DNA of 64,000 bases from Candidatus Bathyarchaeia archaeon. Its GTDB lineage: Archaea > Thermoproteota > Bathyarchaeia > 40CM-2-53-6. The stretch spans positions 416,001-480,000 of the forward strand of contig JBEKVV010000003.1 of the NCBI GenBank assembly GCA_049513715.1, in the 5' to 3' direction. Within the stretch, counting starts at the first letter, position 1. Each line of letters starts with the position of its first letter. Below, one piece after another: positions 1-8,722 of the stretch. Made by a program: the position numbers and the translations under genes. The notes under the pieces were generated by a model. That model saw only the letters and a program-made list of their open reading frames with translations, was not told the DNA's origin and searched no databases.

Positions 1-2
1 AC

Positions 3-68
3 GAGGCTTATGCGTTGAATATGGCGGGGTTGATGGCGATATTCGCGCTGTTCACGTACCAATTGACG
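3..68 (+). pseudogene. 3' part of a truncated TMEM175-like paralog (enters from window edge)
   Basis: Frame 3 reads EAYALDMAGLMAIFALFTYQLT, matching YALDMTGLMLILALFTHQLA of the 199..828 protein. Similarity stops just before a tRNA-like fragment at 81. Confidence 0.7.
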
Positions 69-80
69 CACACAAGTAGC

Positions 81-122
81 CCGGTTCAAATTCCAACGGT
101 TGCACCATTAGTCCCACCCGCA
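81..122 (+). repeat. Degenerate tRNA 3'-end remnants (T-arm + acceptor + ACCA, Gly-like; then TCCCACCCGCA)
   Basis: CCGGTTCAAATTCCAACGGTTGCACCA; no D or anticodon arm upstream. Confidence 0.6.
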
Positions 123-198
123 CGCAACTGCCATTTGCAGTGGCTGTCAAGAGCAAAGAGCTTTTCAATATAGTGCAATCAGTAGTGGCGATTCCTCC

Positions 199-828
199 TT
201 GGACGAAATTACGAAGCGAACTCAACCTATCGAATCGCTTTCGGAATTAGTCAAAATTATTTTCGGACTTGCTCTATCGATTGGTGCTATTTCGTTGATC
301 TCGCGACTTCCCACCAAGCCGCTGGGAATATTGGTTGACGTTGCAGAGTTTGGGTTCAGCTTCCTGATCTTGATCTCCGTATGGATGGGGTATACGAACA
401 TAATGTCGGTTCTTCCGATGGAGGATAGCGTTACAGTCATCCTTAACCTTGTGTTGCTTTTTCTTGTCTCGATCGAGCCCTACCTCTTCTACCTGAACAT
501 AACCTTCGACCTCTTATCCCATGAACTGCTTCTGAATTCTGCTTCAATGCTGTACGCCTTAGATATGACTGGACTGATGTTGATTCTCGCATTATTCACA
601 CATCAACTCGCTAGGGAGGAGAGAGGGTTAGTCTCGAAGGAGTCAATGGCTAGGTTCAAGCGGGTTAGGAACACCTTATTCATATCAGCGGGCCTCTTCG
701 CGATCACCATTCTGCCACTATTCTGGACCTTGAAACTCTGGGACCTGCCGATACGATTCTACTTCTGGTTCATTCCACTAGTCCTTTCGTCGGTTAGGCA
801 CATATCGGACCGCGGATTTCAAGAATAA
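199..828 (+). CDS. TMEM175-family (K+ channel-like) membrane protein
   Basis: N-terminal IESLSE..FGLALSIG resembles the RxxxFSD helix; SFLILISVW and LNLVLLFLVS; about 6 TM segments. Confidence 0.7.
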   Translation: MDEITKRTQPIESLSELVKIIFGLALSIGAISLISRLPTKPLGILVDVAEFGFSFLILISVWMGYTNIMSVLPMEDSVTVILNLVLLFLVSIEPYLFYLNITFDLLSHELLLNSASMLYALDMTGLMLILALFTHQLAREERGLVSKESMARFKRVRNTLFISAGLFAITILPLFWTLKLWDLPIRFYFWFIPLVLSSVRHISDRGFQE

Positions 829-950
829 CGTCAACAGCCCAGCATCAACCGGCCTCGTCCGTTTGTGTCTTCTGCTGTTTATTTCACGTATTGGGACGCG
901 GAGGGAGAGTATATTGGATTCTGCCGACGCTGTGATTTTGTGGTAATATC

Positions 951-1397
951 TTGAGTCTTGAAGAGGTAGCGAAATGCAACTTCAATTCTGGTTTCAATTG
1001 CGCGGAATCGGTTCTGTTAGCAGTGAACAGTGAACTTGACGCAACAGGAGCGAGTGATCAGGTGATTCCGAGAATTGCCACAGGTTTTGGGGGCGGGATC
1101 AGCCGGAATGGCGATGTCTGCGGAGCCCTTGTGGGCGGAGCGATGGCAATCAGCCTAGCGTTGGGCCGCGACAAGTCCGATGCCAGCAGGGAACCATGCT
1201 ACTCAGCAGTCGACCAATTCTACAATGATTTCCGAGCAAAATTCGGGTCGTGCAAGTGCCGTGAACTAACGAACCTAAATATGAAAACCCCAGAGGGGGC
1301 CGAGGCGTACAAAGCCGAAATTCACGCGGAAATCTGCAACCCAATCGTCGCGTGGGCCGCTAGGAGAGCTCACGATCTCATCAAAGAGACCTCGTGA
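951..1397 (+). CDS. C_GCAxxG_C_C family putative redox protein
   Basis: FNCAESV, GFGGG, VCGALVGG, CKCREL and a terminal Cys. Confidence 0.85.
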   Translation: MSLEEVAKCNFNSGFNCAESVLLAVNSELDATGASDQVIPRIATGFGGGISRNGDVCGALVGGAMAISLALGRDKSDASREPCYSAVDQFYNDFRAKFGSCKCRELTNLNMKTPEGAEAYKAEIHAEICNPIVAWAARRAHDLIKETS

Positions 1398-1445
1398 ACT
1401 AATTGGAAGCCAGCCTAGGCTTCGTTTCTTGACATGTTTTCGGCG

Positions 1446-1727
1446 CTAAGGCAGCAGCAGACTTGAGAATAGCAGAATCGCAAGACCTAGCGATGCTGCA
1501 AGCATCCAAGCCTTGCTCAGGATTTCTCCCCATCTCTCTGTCATGAATAAGTAAACAATCATTGCGAATGACAAAAGGTCGACAGCCAGGAAGATTGCGA
1601 ATCTAGTTTCACTTACGCTGCTGGTTGCGTCGAGCGTCCATAGAAAAAGCGCGGAGGCTGCTTGAAGCAGGAGCAGCAATGTGACAATCAGCCTATTCCG
1701 ATCCATTTTGGACTCCTCCAAATTCAA
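1446..1727 (-). CDS. Small 3-TM membrane protein, last gene of the Rieske/cytochrome b operon
   Basis: Hydrophobic ORF overlapping the cytochrome b stop. Confidence 0.7.
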   Translation of the reverse strand: MNLEESKMDRNRLIVTLLLLLQAASALFLWTLDATSSVSETRFAIFLAVDLLSFAMIVYLFMTERWGEILSKAWMLAASLGLAILLFSSLLLP

Positions 1728-3171
1728 AGAGAGGAATTCGTCTCTTGACTGAACCGATTCTCAATTCTAGTCTGTATAGAAAGATGAATGTGCCAAGGAA
1801 TACTGCTCCTAACAATGTCGCCGATAAACAGAGAGATGCGAGCGCCTCAAAATTGACTCCGCCAATAACTAATTGAGCTGAATTTCCGAAGAATGCGCTG
1901 ATTGAAACTGAACCTAGAGCAAGTAATCCGACTAGCATGGGCCCCGCCCATACGACAGTTATCGCTTGCGTGGAAGCCTTGTTCGTCGGTAGATGTCCCT
2001 TGATTTGCGAGTTTATGAGTTTGCTCAGGCCTAAAGAGATGAGCGCGATCAGTAATGCAGATCCCCCTAGCACTGTGGCAGCAACTTCTGTAGGGATGAC
2101 TTGGCCTGGTGTGATCAAGCCCCAATATGCAAGCACGAAGACTTCGCCAACAAATATTAGGCCAAGTGCTACAAAGAGAGGGCGGTTTCGGATTTTCCTC
2201 GTTTCGCCTCGGTCAATTACGGGTAGGAGGAATAGCAGTAGGAAGATTATGGTGACAACACTCATCGCGACCGGAAGGCCCGCACCTTCGAACACTGAAA
2301 TCTTCAGCAGCTGATAAATCCACAGAAAGTACCAGTCAGGTTGCGGAATAAACTGGGACGCAAGTTCCGGCGTATATTGTGGGGGTAGATTGAGTGGGAA
2401 GACCACTGAGATGAGAAGCATTATGGCGCCGAAGATCGCTGCCAGCTCTAACAGGTAGAGTGAAACATCAGGGAATATTGGAATTGTTCGACGGGGTTTT
2501 GTTTCGCCGAGGGCTGTTACTGGCTCTGAGATGCCGTGCGTTTCTAGCATGTACATTTTGACGGTCAAGAGAACTAACAGTACTGCAGGTAGGATGACCA
2601 CGTGTAAATCGTAGAAGCGTAGGAGTTGGGTAGCATCACCGCCAGCCCCAATTATTAGAAAACTTAGGAGTGATGAGAGCGGTGCTGGCAAGGCGTCTAT
2701 CATTCCTACGCCTACGTCGGTTGCTGACTTTGAAACCACCGTCCAAGGCAGCAAGTATCCAGTAAAACCAAAGCCCAATGTGACGAAGCCCATCACCATG
2801 CCCACAAACCACATAATCTCTCTAGGTTTCTTGTGGACTGAGACGAAGTACCCGCGCATCATGTGCATGAATGCGAGCATTATCATCGCATATGCTGTGT
2901 ATAGGTGGACGCTTTCCAAGAACCTTCCATAGAAAACGGATTGAAAGATGTATTGAGTTGACGGAAACGCTTCCATTGGGTTGGGAATGTAGTAGAGCAT
3001 CATTATCATCCCCGTGACGCCTTGAATGACGAAAGCGACTACAGTTAGGGCGCCGAGCCAGTAGAGGGGGTTGATGGCGTAACGAGGAACTGGCCTTAGC
3101 AAGGGGTGCGAGAGGCCCAGTCGAGTGTCAATCCATCTGAGCAACCTAGTGGGCTCGCTTTGTTCTTTCAC
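1693..3171 (-). CDS. Cytochrome b of a Rieske/cytb complex (SoxN/QcrB-like)
   Basis: Helix-B His pair (VHLY..MHMMRG), GFTGYLLPW, RFYDLHV, Qo-site PDWY. Confidence 0.92.
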   Translation of the reverse strand: MKEQSEPTRLLRWIDTRLGLSHPLLRPVPRYAINPLYWLGALTVVAFVIQGVTGMIMMLYYIPNPMEAFPSTQYIFQSVFYGRFLESVHLYTAYAMIMLAFMHMMRGYFVSVHKKPREIMWFVGMVMGFVTLGFGFTGYLLPWTVVSKSATDVGVGMIDALPAPLSSLLSFLIIGAGGDATQLLRFYDLHVVILPAVLLVLLTVKMYMLETHGISEPVTALGETKPRRTIPIFPDVSLYLLELAAIFGAIMLLISVVFPLNLPPQYTPELASQFIPQPDWYFLWIYQLLKISVFEGAGLPVAMSVVTIIFLLLFLLPVIDRGETRKIRNRPLFVALGLIFVGEVFVLAYWGLITPGQVIPTEVAATVLGGSALLIALISLGLSKLINSQIKGHLPTNKASTQAITVVWAGPMLVGLLALGSVSISAFFGNSAQLVIGGVNFEALASLCLSATLLGAVFLGTFIFLYRLELRIGSVKRRIPLFEFGGVQNGSE

Positions 3172-3177
3172 AGTTGT

Positions 3178-3819
3178 CTAACTCACAATGTTTCCGCCTT
3201 GAAGGTCCGAGGTGACATCGTTCGACCCGGTGTTGTGCCCGAAAATTGCTGGAGGCGTCATGCCAACCGCAAAGATTTCCCCAGAGTCGCTCAGTTGCAA
3301 TATGACTTGAGGTTGGGGCCGAGGGGAGGGCCCGGAGCGTACGCTAGCGCGGTGCAGAAAATCGAAGACGCTTCCATGGCAACAACAGTAACCCAACGGG
3401 GTGTCGGCTTTGAAGGCTGAATTGCATTGTGGACTGGTTCCGGTGGGTTGGAAGGAGTACACGCAGCCTAGGTGCTGGCACAAGACACTAAAGGCCACGA
3501 TATCTCCATCGGGCCCAACTCCACCTTCCGCCTTCTGCCCTAGCTTCACCAAGATGTTTGGCTCGTTGTCGAGCGGATAGTTGAAGACGACATGTTCATT
3601 CACCTTCAAGTCTCCCATTGACGCGACTTTCACTTTGGGAAATGTCGCTGGTCCGGTTCTGGCTGGGGGGGCCGAATTAGTAATGGCTTTTGTGATGGCC
3701 GCGATTCCACCGATAAGCAGAAGCCCCGATAAAGTGACTGCGAGCTTTAGAAAATTCCGTTTCCTCTCGTTCGGCCGCTTTTCCCTTGGATTGTCACTGG
3801 TGGCTTTCTTCGGGGGCAT
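3178..3819 (-). CDS. Rieske 2Fe-2S protein (SoxL/AioB-like) with Tat-type anchor
   Basis: CQHLGC and CCCHGS boxes; RKRNFLK followed by a TM helix. Confidence 0.92.
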   Translation of the reverse strand: MPPKKATSDNPREKRPNERKRNFLKLAVTLSGLLLIGGIAAITKAITNSAPPARTGPATFPKVKVASMGDLKVNEHVVFNYPLDNEPNILVKLGQKAEGGVGPDGDIVAFSVLCQHLGCVYSFQPTGTSPQCNSAFKADTPLGYCCCHGSVFDFLHRASVRSGPSPRPQPQVILQLSDSGEIFAVGMTPPAIFGHNTGSNDVTSDLQGGNIVS

Positions 3820-3823
3820 TGAA

Positions 3824-4975
3824 TCACCGTTTGGCTTTTGGCCTGGTAATTATCGCTCCAATAACCAATCCTACGATCAGAAGGCCGAAGCCAACCACAC
3901 CCGCTAAGGTAGCGCTAATGCCCGTTGGGGTCGACTGCGCAATTGTGACCGGAGCAGTTGGTGGCATTTGGTCGCTGATCGTTAGATCATACCACTGCGA
4001 CACTGACTTCACGTGCGCTGATTCCCCTAGTTTCCCGTTCCAAACCGCGAAAGCCACATAATAGTTAGAGCCAGTCTTCAGTTGCACTCTGTATTGAGAT
4101 GCGTCGGATACGGTGAAACTTCTAACCATCTCAACGGTCCATGTTTGATTGTTTTCTGAGAAATAGTTGCCTACGTGTATTACGAATGGGTCCGCGTAGG
4201 GGTCCAAGTTTGGGGAATCAGCCCCGAAGCTTCCACCTGTCACAAAGAAGCCGGTCGTGTTCGTGTAATCGCTTTCTGCATATGAGACATTGTTAGGAGG
4301 ATAGAGGGTGGTCCCGGCTGGGTCGGTGTAACCTCCTGGGAAGTCTGGGTCGCGCTGGTCGTTGTCGGTTGGAACTGACTGCCAATGCCAGATGTCGGCT
4401 GCTCCTCCGGTTATGGCGCCGTTCGTTGCTAACTCCATTACAGGTGACTGCTGCCTCTTCGAGGTGTCACCTAGGAACCAGAGCATTGCCACGCGGTCTT
4501 GGTAGTAGTATGTTGAGTTGTAGAACAACTGGTTTGCGGTTGCTGTACTCTCGTCGGTTAGGGGCAGTAGGGTTCCATTGGGTGCAGTGTAAAGCTCACC
4601 TTCCGAGCCGAAGGACGGCCCAACCTTATCATCCCAACGAAACAGCGCGTAAACATTGAACCCGTCATTAGCAGATTTCACAAGAACGTTCTGCGTGCGA
4701 CCTCCTCCTGGCGAAACGGAGGCAGCCAACGGGACGCTTGTCCACTCGATCGCGTTCCAGAATGATTCGTTTCCAGGCGCGTTGTAGTCGGGAGCTCCGT
4801 TCACTCGGTGAGACGTAATCTTCGGGAATGACCCTTGAGCAAACGCTCCCTGCATCGCAACGTTTGGCAGCGCTCCTGCCCAAACAATCATGATAAGAAA
4901 GACGAAGAGAACACGAGGACTTATCCTATTTAGAATCGTTGAAATCTCCTTTGAATTACGCGTTGAAGAATTCAT
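3824..4975 (-). CDS. DOMON/EB_dh-like heme-b protein (CbsA-like), with signal peptide and C-terminal anchor
   Basis: VYALFRWDD, QDRVAMLW, ADIWHW, WTVEMVR, YYVAFAVWNG..ES..KSVS. Confidence 0.8.
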   Translation of the reverse strand: MNSSTRNSKEISTILNRISPRVLFVFLIMIVWAGALPNVAMQGAFAQGSFPKITSHRVNGAPDYNAPGNESFWNAIEWTSVPLAASVSPGGGRTQNVLVKSANDGFNVYALFRWDDKVGPSFGSEGELYTAPNGTLLPLTDESTATANQLFYNSTYYYQDRVAMLWFLGDTSKRQQSPVMELATNGAITGGAADIWHWQSVPTDNDQRDPDFPGGYTDPAGTTLYPPNNVSYAESDYTNTTGFFVTGGSFGADSPNLDPYADPFVIHVGNYFSENNQTWTVEMVRSFTVSDASQYRVQLKTGSNYYVAFAVWNGKLGESAHVKSVSQWYDLTISDQMPPTAPVTIAQSTPTGISATLAGVVGFGLLIVGLVIGAIITRPKAKR

Positions 4976-5233
4976 CGCTCAATGCAAATTTAACGTTTGC
5001 CGGGTCGTTCATGCAAACACACCCGGTCGCGGTTAGGTACGGGTGGGCACGTTGCTAATGGCTATGTAGATGAAATTAATGACCGAGATTTGGTCACCTC
5101 GTAACACGTAAGTTGAGCTACCACTACTGCAGCCCGAGATCGTCTGCAGGAAAAACGTCGAACCTTCCTTTGCATGGGAATCTTGTTAAGCTGCCGTTCC
5201 TATTCAAAGCCGTCGTTGTGAGTTTGGAAGCGT

Positions 5234-5779
5234 ATGCCGCTCTGGAACCTTGTGCTCAGCGGTTACCCGGCCTCAGGCAAGACTGTTCTGGCTCGTAGGC
5301 TTGTTGCTGAGCAACCGAACTTTCTACGCTTAAGTGTCGACGAAATGCGCGACATGTTCTTCGGCTCCAAGGAACCTTCCTCAGAAGAGGAGTTCATTTA
5401 CACTGGTTTTGCGTCTTTGCGGGATTTGGCGTTGAGGATGGGGCACAACGTTGTGCTAGATTGCACTGCCCCAAGAAACAGCACTAGAAATTTTCTGCTG
5501 AACACAAAAGTTCAGGGAGTCATCAGGCTTGTCGTGTTATTTGTTGTTGACAAAACGGAATTGGAGGGACGCAACCGAGAGCGAGGACTAGAGGGCGCAG
5601 TAAGCGCATGGGACAAAACTTGGGAAACCCCAACGCGAGACATTCCAGTCTTCAAATTCAGAAACAACTCCTTAACCGAATTTGAAACCAGCTACTACGT
5701 ACTGACAGACCTGCTCAGAAGCAAAGTTCACCCCTACAGGCGCAGGTTCCTTGGTAACATGTTTCCCCAAATAGGATAG
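5234..5779 (+). CDS. P-loop kinase (AAA_33-like)
   Basis: GYPASGKT, LSVDEMR, VVLDCT. Confidence 0.8.
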   Translation: MPLWNLVLSGYPASGKTVLARRLVAEQPNFLRLSVDEMRDMFFGSKEPSSEEEFIYTGFASLRDLALRMGHNVVLDCTAPRNSTRNFLLNTKVQGVIRLVVLFVVDKTELEGRNRERGLEGAVSAWDKTWETPTRDIPVFKFRNNSLTEFETSYYVLTDLLRSKVHPYRRRFLGNMFPQIG

Positions 5780-5835
5780 AATCGATTTCCTCAAGCTAGG
5801 AACTTAATACATTCTTTAGCCACGGTTAGGTTGGC

Positions 5836-5988
5836 GCCGGGGTAGCCTAGCTAGGTAAGGCGACAGAGCCCCGAGAACCGTAGACGTGTGATCGGGACGT
5901 TGAACCTCGAGATCACCGCGCTAGAAATGGGCCAAGACAGCTGTTGGTCCTCTGGGCCTCGTGGGTTCAAATCCCACCCCCGGCGCCA
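5836..5988 (+). tRNA. tRNA-Ser(CGA) with two introns (5867-5904 at 30/31; 5912-5938 at 37/38), encoded CCA
   Basis: Acceptor GCCGGGG/CCCCGGC, D-arm GCCT..AGGC, spliced anticodon arm ACAGC-CTCGAGA-GCTGT, long variable arm, T-arm GTGGG-TTCAAAT-CCCAC, discriminator G. Confidence 0.88.
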
Positions 5989-6103
5989 ATTTACCGGTCG
6001 TTTTGTGTATGTGGGTCTAATGGTGCGCACCACCACAACTGACACAGAATTTCCCATTGAATGGCTTCACTTTGCGTGGCAATTGCAATTGCCAGGGGGC
6101 TTC

Positions 6104-6532
6104 TCAAGTTGTCGTTTGGGTCTGTTTCGGTTTCCACGTCACCGCTAGTATGCCTCCTACGAGGCCTAAGACTAAGCCCACGCCTAGCCCGCCCATAGCG
6201 CCGCCGAATATGCTAAGCGCTGAGAAGACTATGATCAACATGCCCCATGTTGAATGTTCCTGGGGCTTGCTGTTCAGCATCACTGCACTGATGATTACTA
6301 TGACCCCGAAGACTATTCCCAGGATCCCCAATAGCCCGAAACCCAGCCATCCCATCATTCCATAACTAGGAACGCTGTAGCCCATCATACCGCCCCAGCC
6401 GCGGTAGCCGCCCATCATTCCCCCAAACCAAAATGCGCCCATCATGGATGTCATTCCTCCGCCAAGGAGGATGAATAAGCCACCAATCAGTGAAAGTAGG
6501 TAAGCAGCCGTAGGCTTCTCTGTTAGTGTCAT
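6104..6532 (-). CDS. Membrane protein with Met/Gly-rich loop
   Basis: About 4 TM segments; GGMMGGYRGWGGMMGY..GMMG. Confidence 0.85.
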   Translation of the reverse strand: MTLTEKPTAAYLLSLIGGLFILLGGGMTSMMGAFWFGGMMGGYRGWGGMMGYSVPSYGMMGWLGFGLLGILGIVFGVIVIISAVMLNSKPQEHSTWGMLIIVFSALSIFGGAMGGLGVGLVLGLVGGILAVTWKPKQTQTTT

Positions 6533-6724
6533 CTTCTAGATTTCAACTCCATGTGCTTAGTTTGATTCGACTTCCTGTAGGAACACTGCTCACTGATAGT
6601 CACCCCAATCTCTTTAACATGTAACTAATGATTGTGGCCCATCAATTTCGTTCTGCGGAATCATGTATCCCAACACGCCGTTGCCAACCGACAAACCAAA
6701 CCACTCCCATTAAGCTGTGAGTTC

Positions 6725-6753
6725 ACACTGAAACACAGTGTGTTTCACCGTGT
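6725..6753. promoter_or_regulatory. Palindromic putative operator between divergent island genes
   Basis: TGAAACAC-AGT-GTGTTTCA (6729-6747), extendable with ACAC/GTGT. Confidence 0.5.
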
Positions 6754-6817
6754 ACACCCATCTTAAGTGCGCTTCTTGAGTGGCATCACCAGACTCGAAC
6801 CGTTGATGTGAATATGC

Positions 6818-7567
6818 ATGGTTGACTGCGGGCGTTGCCACCGGAAATTCGACTCGTACTCTGGCCTACTCCAACACTATAAGGTAAAACATCCAAACGC
6901 GACGAACCTTAAGGACCTAGAAAGACAAGTCAGGACCGAGCAAGATACACGAGAACTAGTTTCAGCGAGTCTGCATTCGCATGGGCCCTCAAGAGCGAAG
7001 TTGATCGCATTCTCACTAATCGTGCTTATCGCGGTCAGCGTCACAGCTTACGTTGCGTTCGCACCAAAGGAAGTATTCACAACGACAGTCAGCGCGAAAG
7101 GGGTCGCTCCAGACTTCTCCTTACCGGATGTTAACGGCGGAACATTCACCCTTTCTGACTACAGGGGAAAGTCGAACGTCCTCTTGTTCTTCAACGAGGG
7201 TCTAAGTTGCGCTCCTTGCCTGCAGCAGATGCAGGGGTTGGACCAGCTTAATGCGGAATTTGGCAGAATGAATGTCGTGGTTGTTGATGTAACCGCTGAC
7301 CCTCTGCAGTTGCTGACGGATTGGACTAGGTCAAGTGGGCCCCAGTATGCCAAGGTTCTTTCCGACCAAAACCTCGCCGTTAGCAAAATGTACGGAATGC
7401 TGGGCCCAGACGTGAGCATGATGCCGTACTCCAAGCCTGGACACACGTTCGTTCTGGTAAACACATCGGGTGTCATAGTCTGGAGACAAGACTACGGGCC
7501 TAGCAACATGTTCGTTCCAAACAACCAAATCGTTGCCCTTGTCTCGAAGGCGCTCGGAGCCAGCTGA
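6818..7567 (+). CDS. C2H2 zinc finger + TM + AhpC/TSA-like redoxin domain
   Basis: CGRC..HYKVKH; APDFSLPDVNG, CAPCLQQM. Confidence 0.85.
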   Translation: MVDCGRCHRKFDSYSGLLQHYKVKHPNATNLKDLERQVRTEQDTRELVSASLHSHGPSRAKLIAFSLIVLIAVSVTAYVAFAPKEVFTTTVSAKGVAPDFSLPDVNGGTFTLSDYRGKSNVLLFFNEGLSCAPCLQQMQGLDQLNAEFGRMNVVVVDVTADPLQLLTDWTRSSGPQYAKVLSDQNLAVSKMYGMLGPDVSMMPYSKPGHTFVLVNTSGVIVWRQDYGPSNMFVPNNQIVALVSKALGAS

Positions 7568-7570
7568 GTA

Positions 7571-7837
7571 GTGTCAAAAGTCATTTTGCTGAGTAGCGTG
7601 GGTTGCACGCCCTGCCTGCGTGTTAAGCGGTACCTTAACGAGTTCCACGCGAAGAACCCTCAGATCGAAGTCGAGGAAATTGAATTTTCTTCTCAAGTTG
7701 GATCAAAACTTGCAGTGGAAAATGGAGTCCTTTACCCGCCCGCGGTCTTCCTTGAAGGCAAACTGATTGCCAAAGGAAAGATACACGCAGAGACGTTGAT
7801 CACGACCATCCAAGAGGCCGAAATGGTGAATGTTTGA
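7571..7837 (+). CDS. Thioredoxin/glutaredoxin-like protein
   Basis: CTPC, GVLYPPAVF. Confidence 0.8.
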   Translation: MSKVILLSSVGCTPCLRVKRYLNEFHAKNPQIEVEEIEFSSQVGSKLAVENGVLYPPAVFLEGKLIAKGKIHAETLITTIQEAEMVNV

Positions 7838-8718
7838 TGTCACTGCTTCTTCTCGCATACCTGATAATTGCATTTGTTGCAGGCGTGATTGCGCTTGCAA
7901 TGCCATGCTGCTTTAGCGTACTTCTCCCATCGTACTTCGCCCAGAGCTTTAGGCAGAAAACGCGGCTAATCGGAATGACTGTCATTTTCTCCTTAGGCAT
8001 CGCCACGATAATGCTTCCGCTCACCCTAGGCGTGGTAGCAGTTGCAGGAACGGTTACTTCGAATCACAGCTTGGTCTTCGTGGCCGGAGGGTTCCTGATG
8101 ATTGTGTTCGGGTTTCTCACTCTATGGGGGCAGGGTATGCTGCCGCAATTGAATTTGCCCGTCAGCCTGAAACGCACCGACGCATTTTCAGTTTACACCC
8201 TCGGAATCTTCTCAGGAGCAGCGACCTCGTGCTGCGCCCCTGTTCTAGCTGGAGTCCTCGTATTGTCCGCTTTATCAGCTGGAACCTTTGAGGGATTGCT
8301 AATTGGGTTCACGTACGTACTTGGGATGGTCTTTCCACTCTTCGCAATCGCCCTCGCATGGGACAGATATGTGCCTAACGGAGAAAATCCGTTGAAGGGG
8401 CGACTTCTACACTTCAATACATTCGGCCGCGAAGTTGCGATACACTCATCAAAGCTCATTTCCGGCCTGATGTTCGTCTTGATGGGAATCGTCACCGTTG
8501 CATTGGGCCTACTGGGGAGAATGATTCCGGCACCCGGCGCTGCGCAAATAGGGGCCATGCAGGCCCAGCTCGCGTATGTTCTGACGGCTTACTTCGTGAA
8601 TTCCTCTGGACTAGAGTTAGTTGGAGTTCTTGGTGTGGCGATAGTCATCATTGGCGTCTTCGCTCTGAAAAATCACATCAGAAAACTACTGGAACCCGCT
8701 AGAATCGAGGGGGACTAA
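7834..8718 (+). CDS. ccdA: CcdA/DsbD-family transmembrane thiol-disulfide transporter
   Basis: AFVAG..MPCC..LLPSY and SCCAPVLAGVL. Confidence 0.8.
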   Translation: MMSLLLLAYLIIAFVAGVIALAMPCCFSVLLPSYFAQSFRQKTRLIGMTVIFSLGIATIMLPLTLGVVAVAGTVTSNHSLVFVAGGFLMIVFGFLTLWGQGMLPQLNLPVSLKRTDAFSVYTLGIFSGAATSCCAPVLAGVLVLSALSAGTFEGLLIGFTYVLGMVFPLFAIALAWDRYVPNGENPLKGRLLHFNTFGREVAIHSSKLISGLMFVLMGIVTVALGLLGRMIPAPGAAQIGAMQAQLAYVLTAYFVNSSGLELVGVLGVAIVIIGVFALKNHIRKLLEPARIEGD

Positions 8719-8722
8719 AGCA

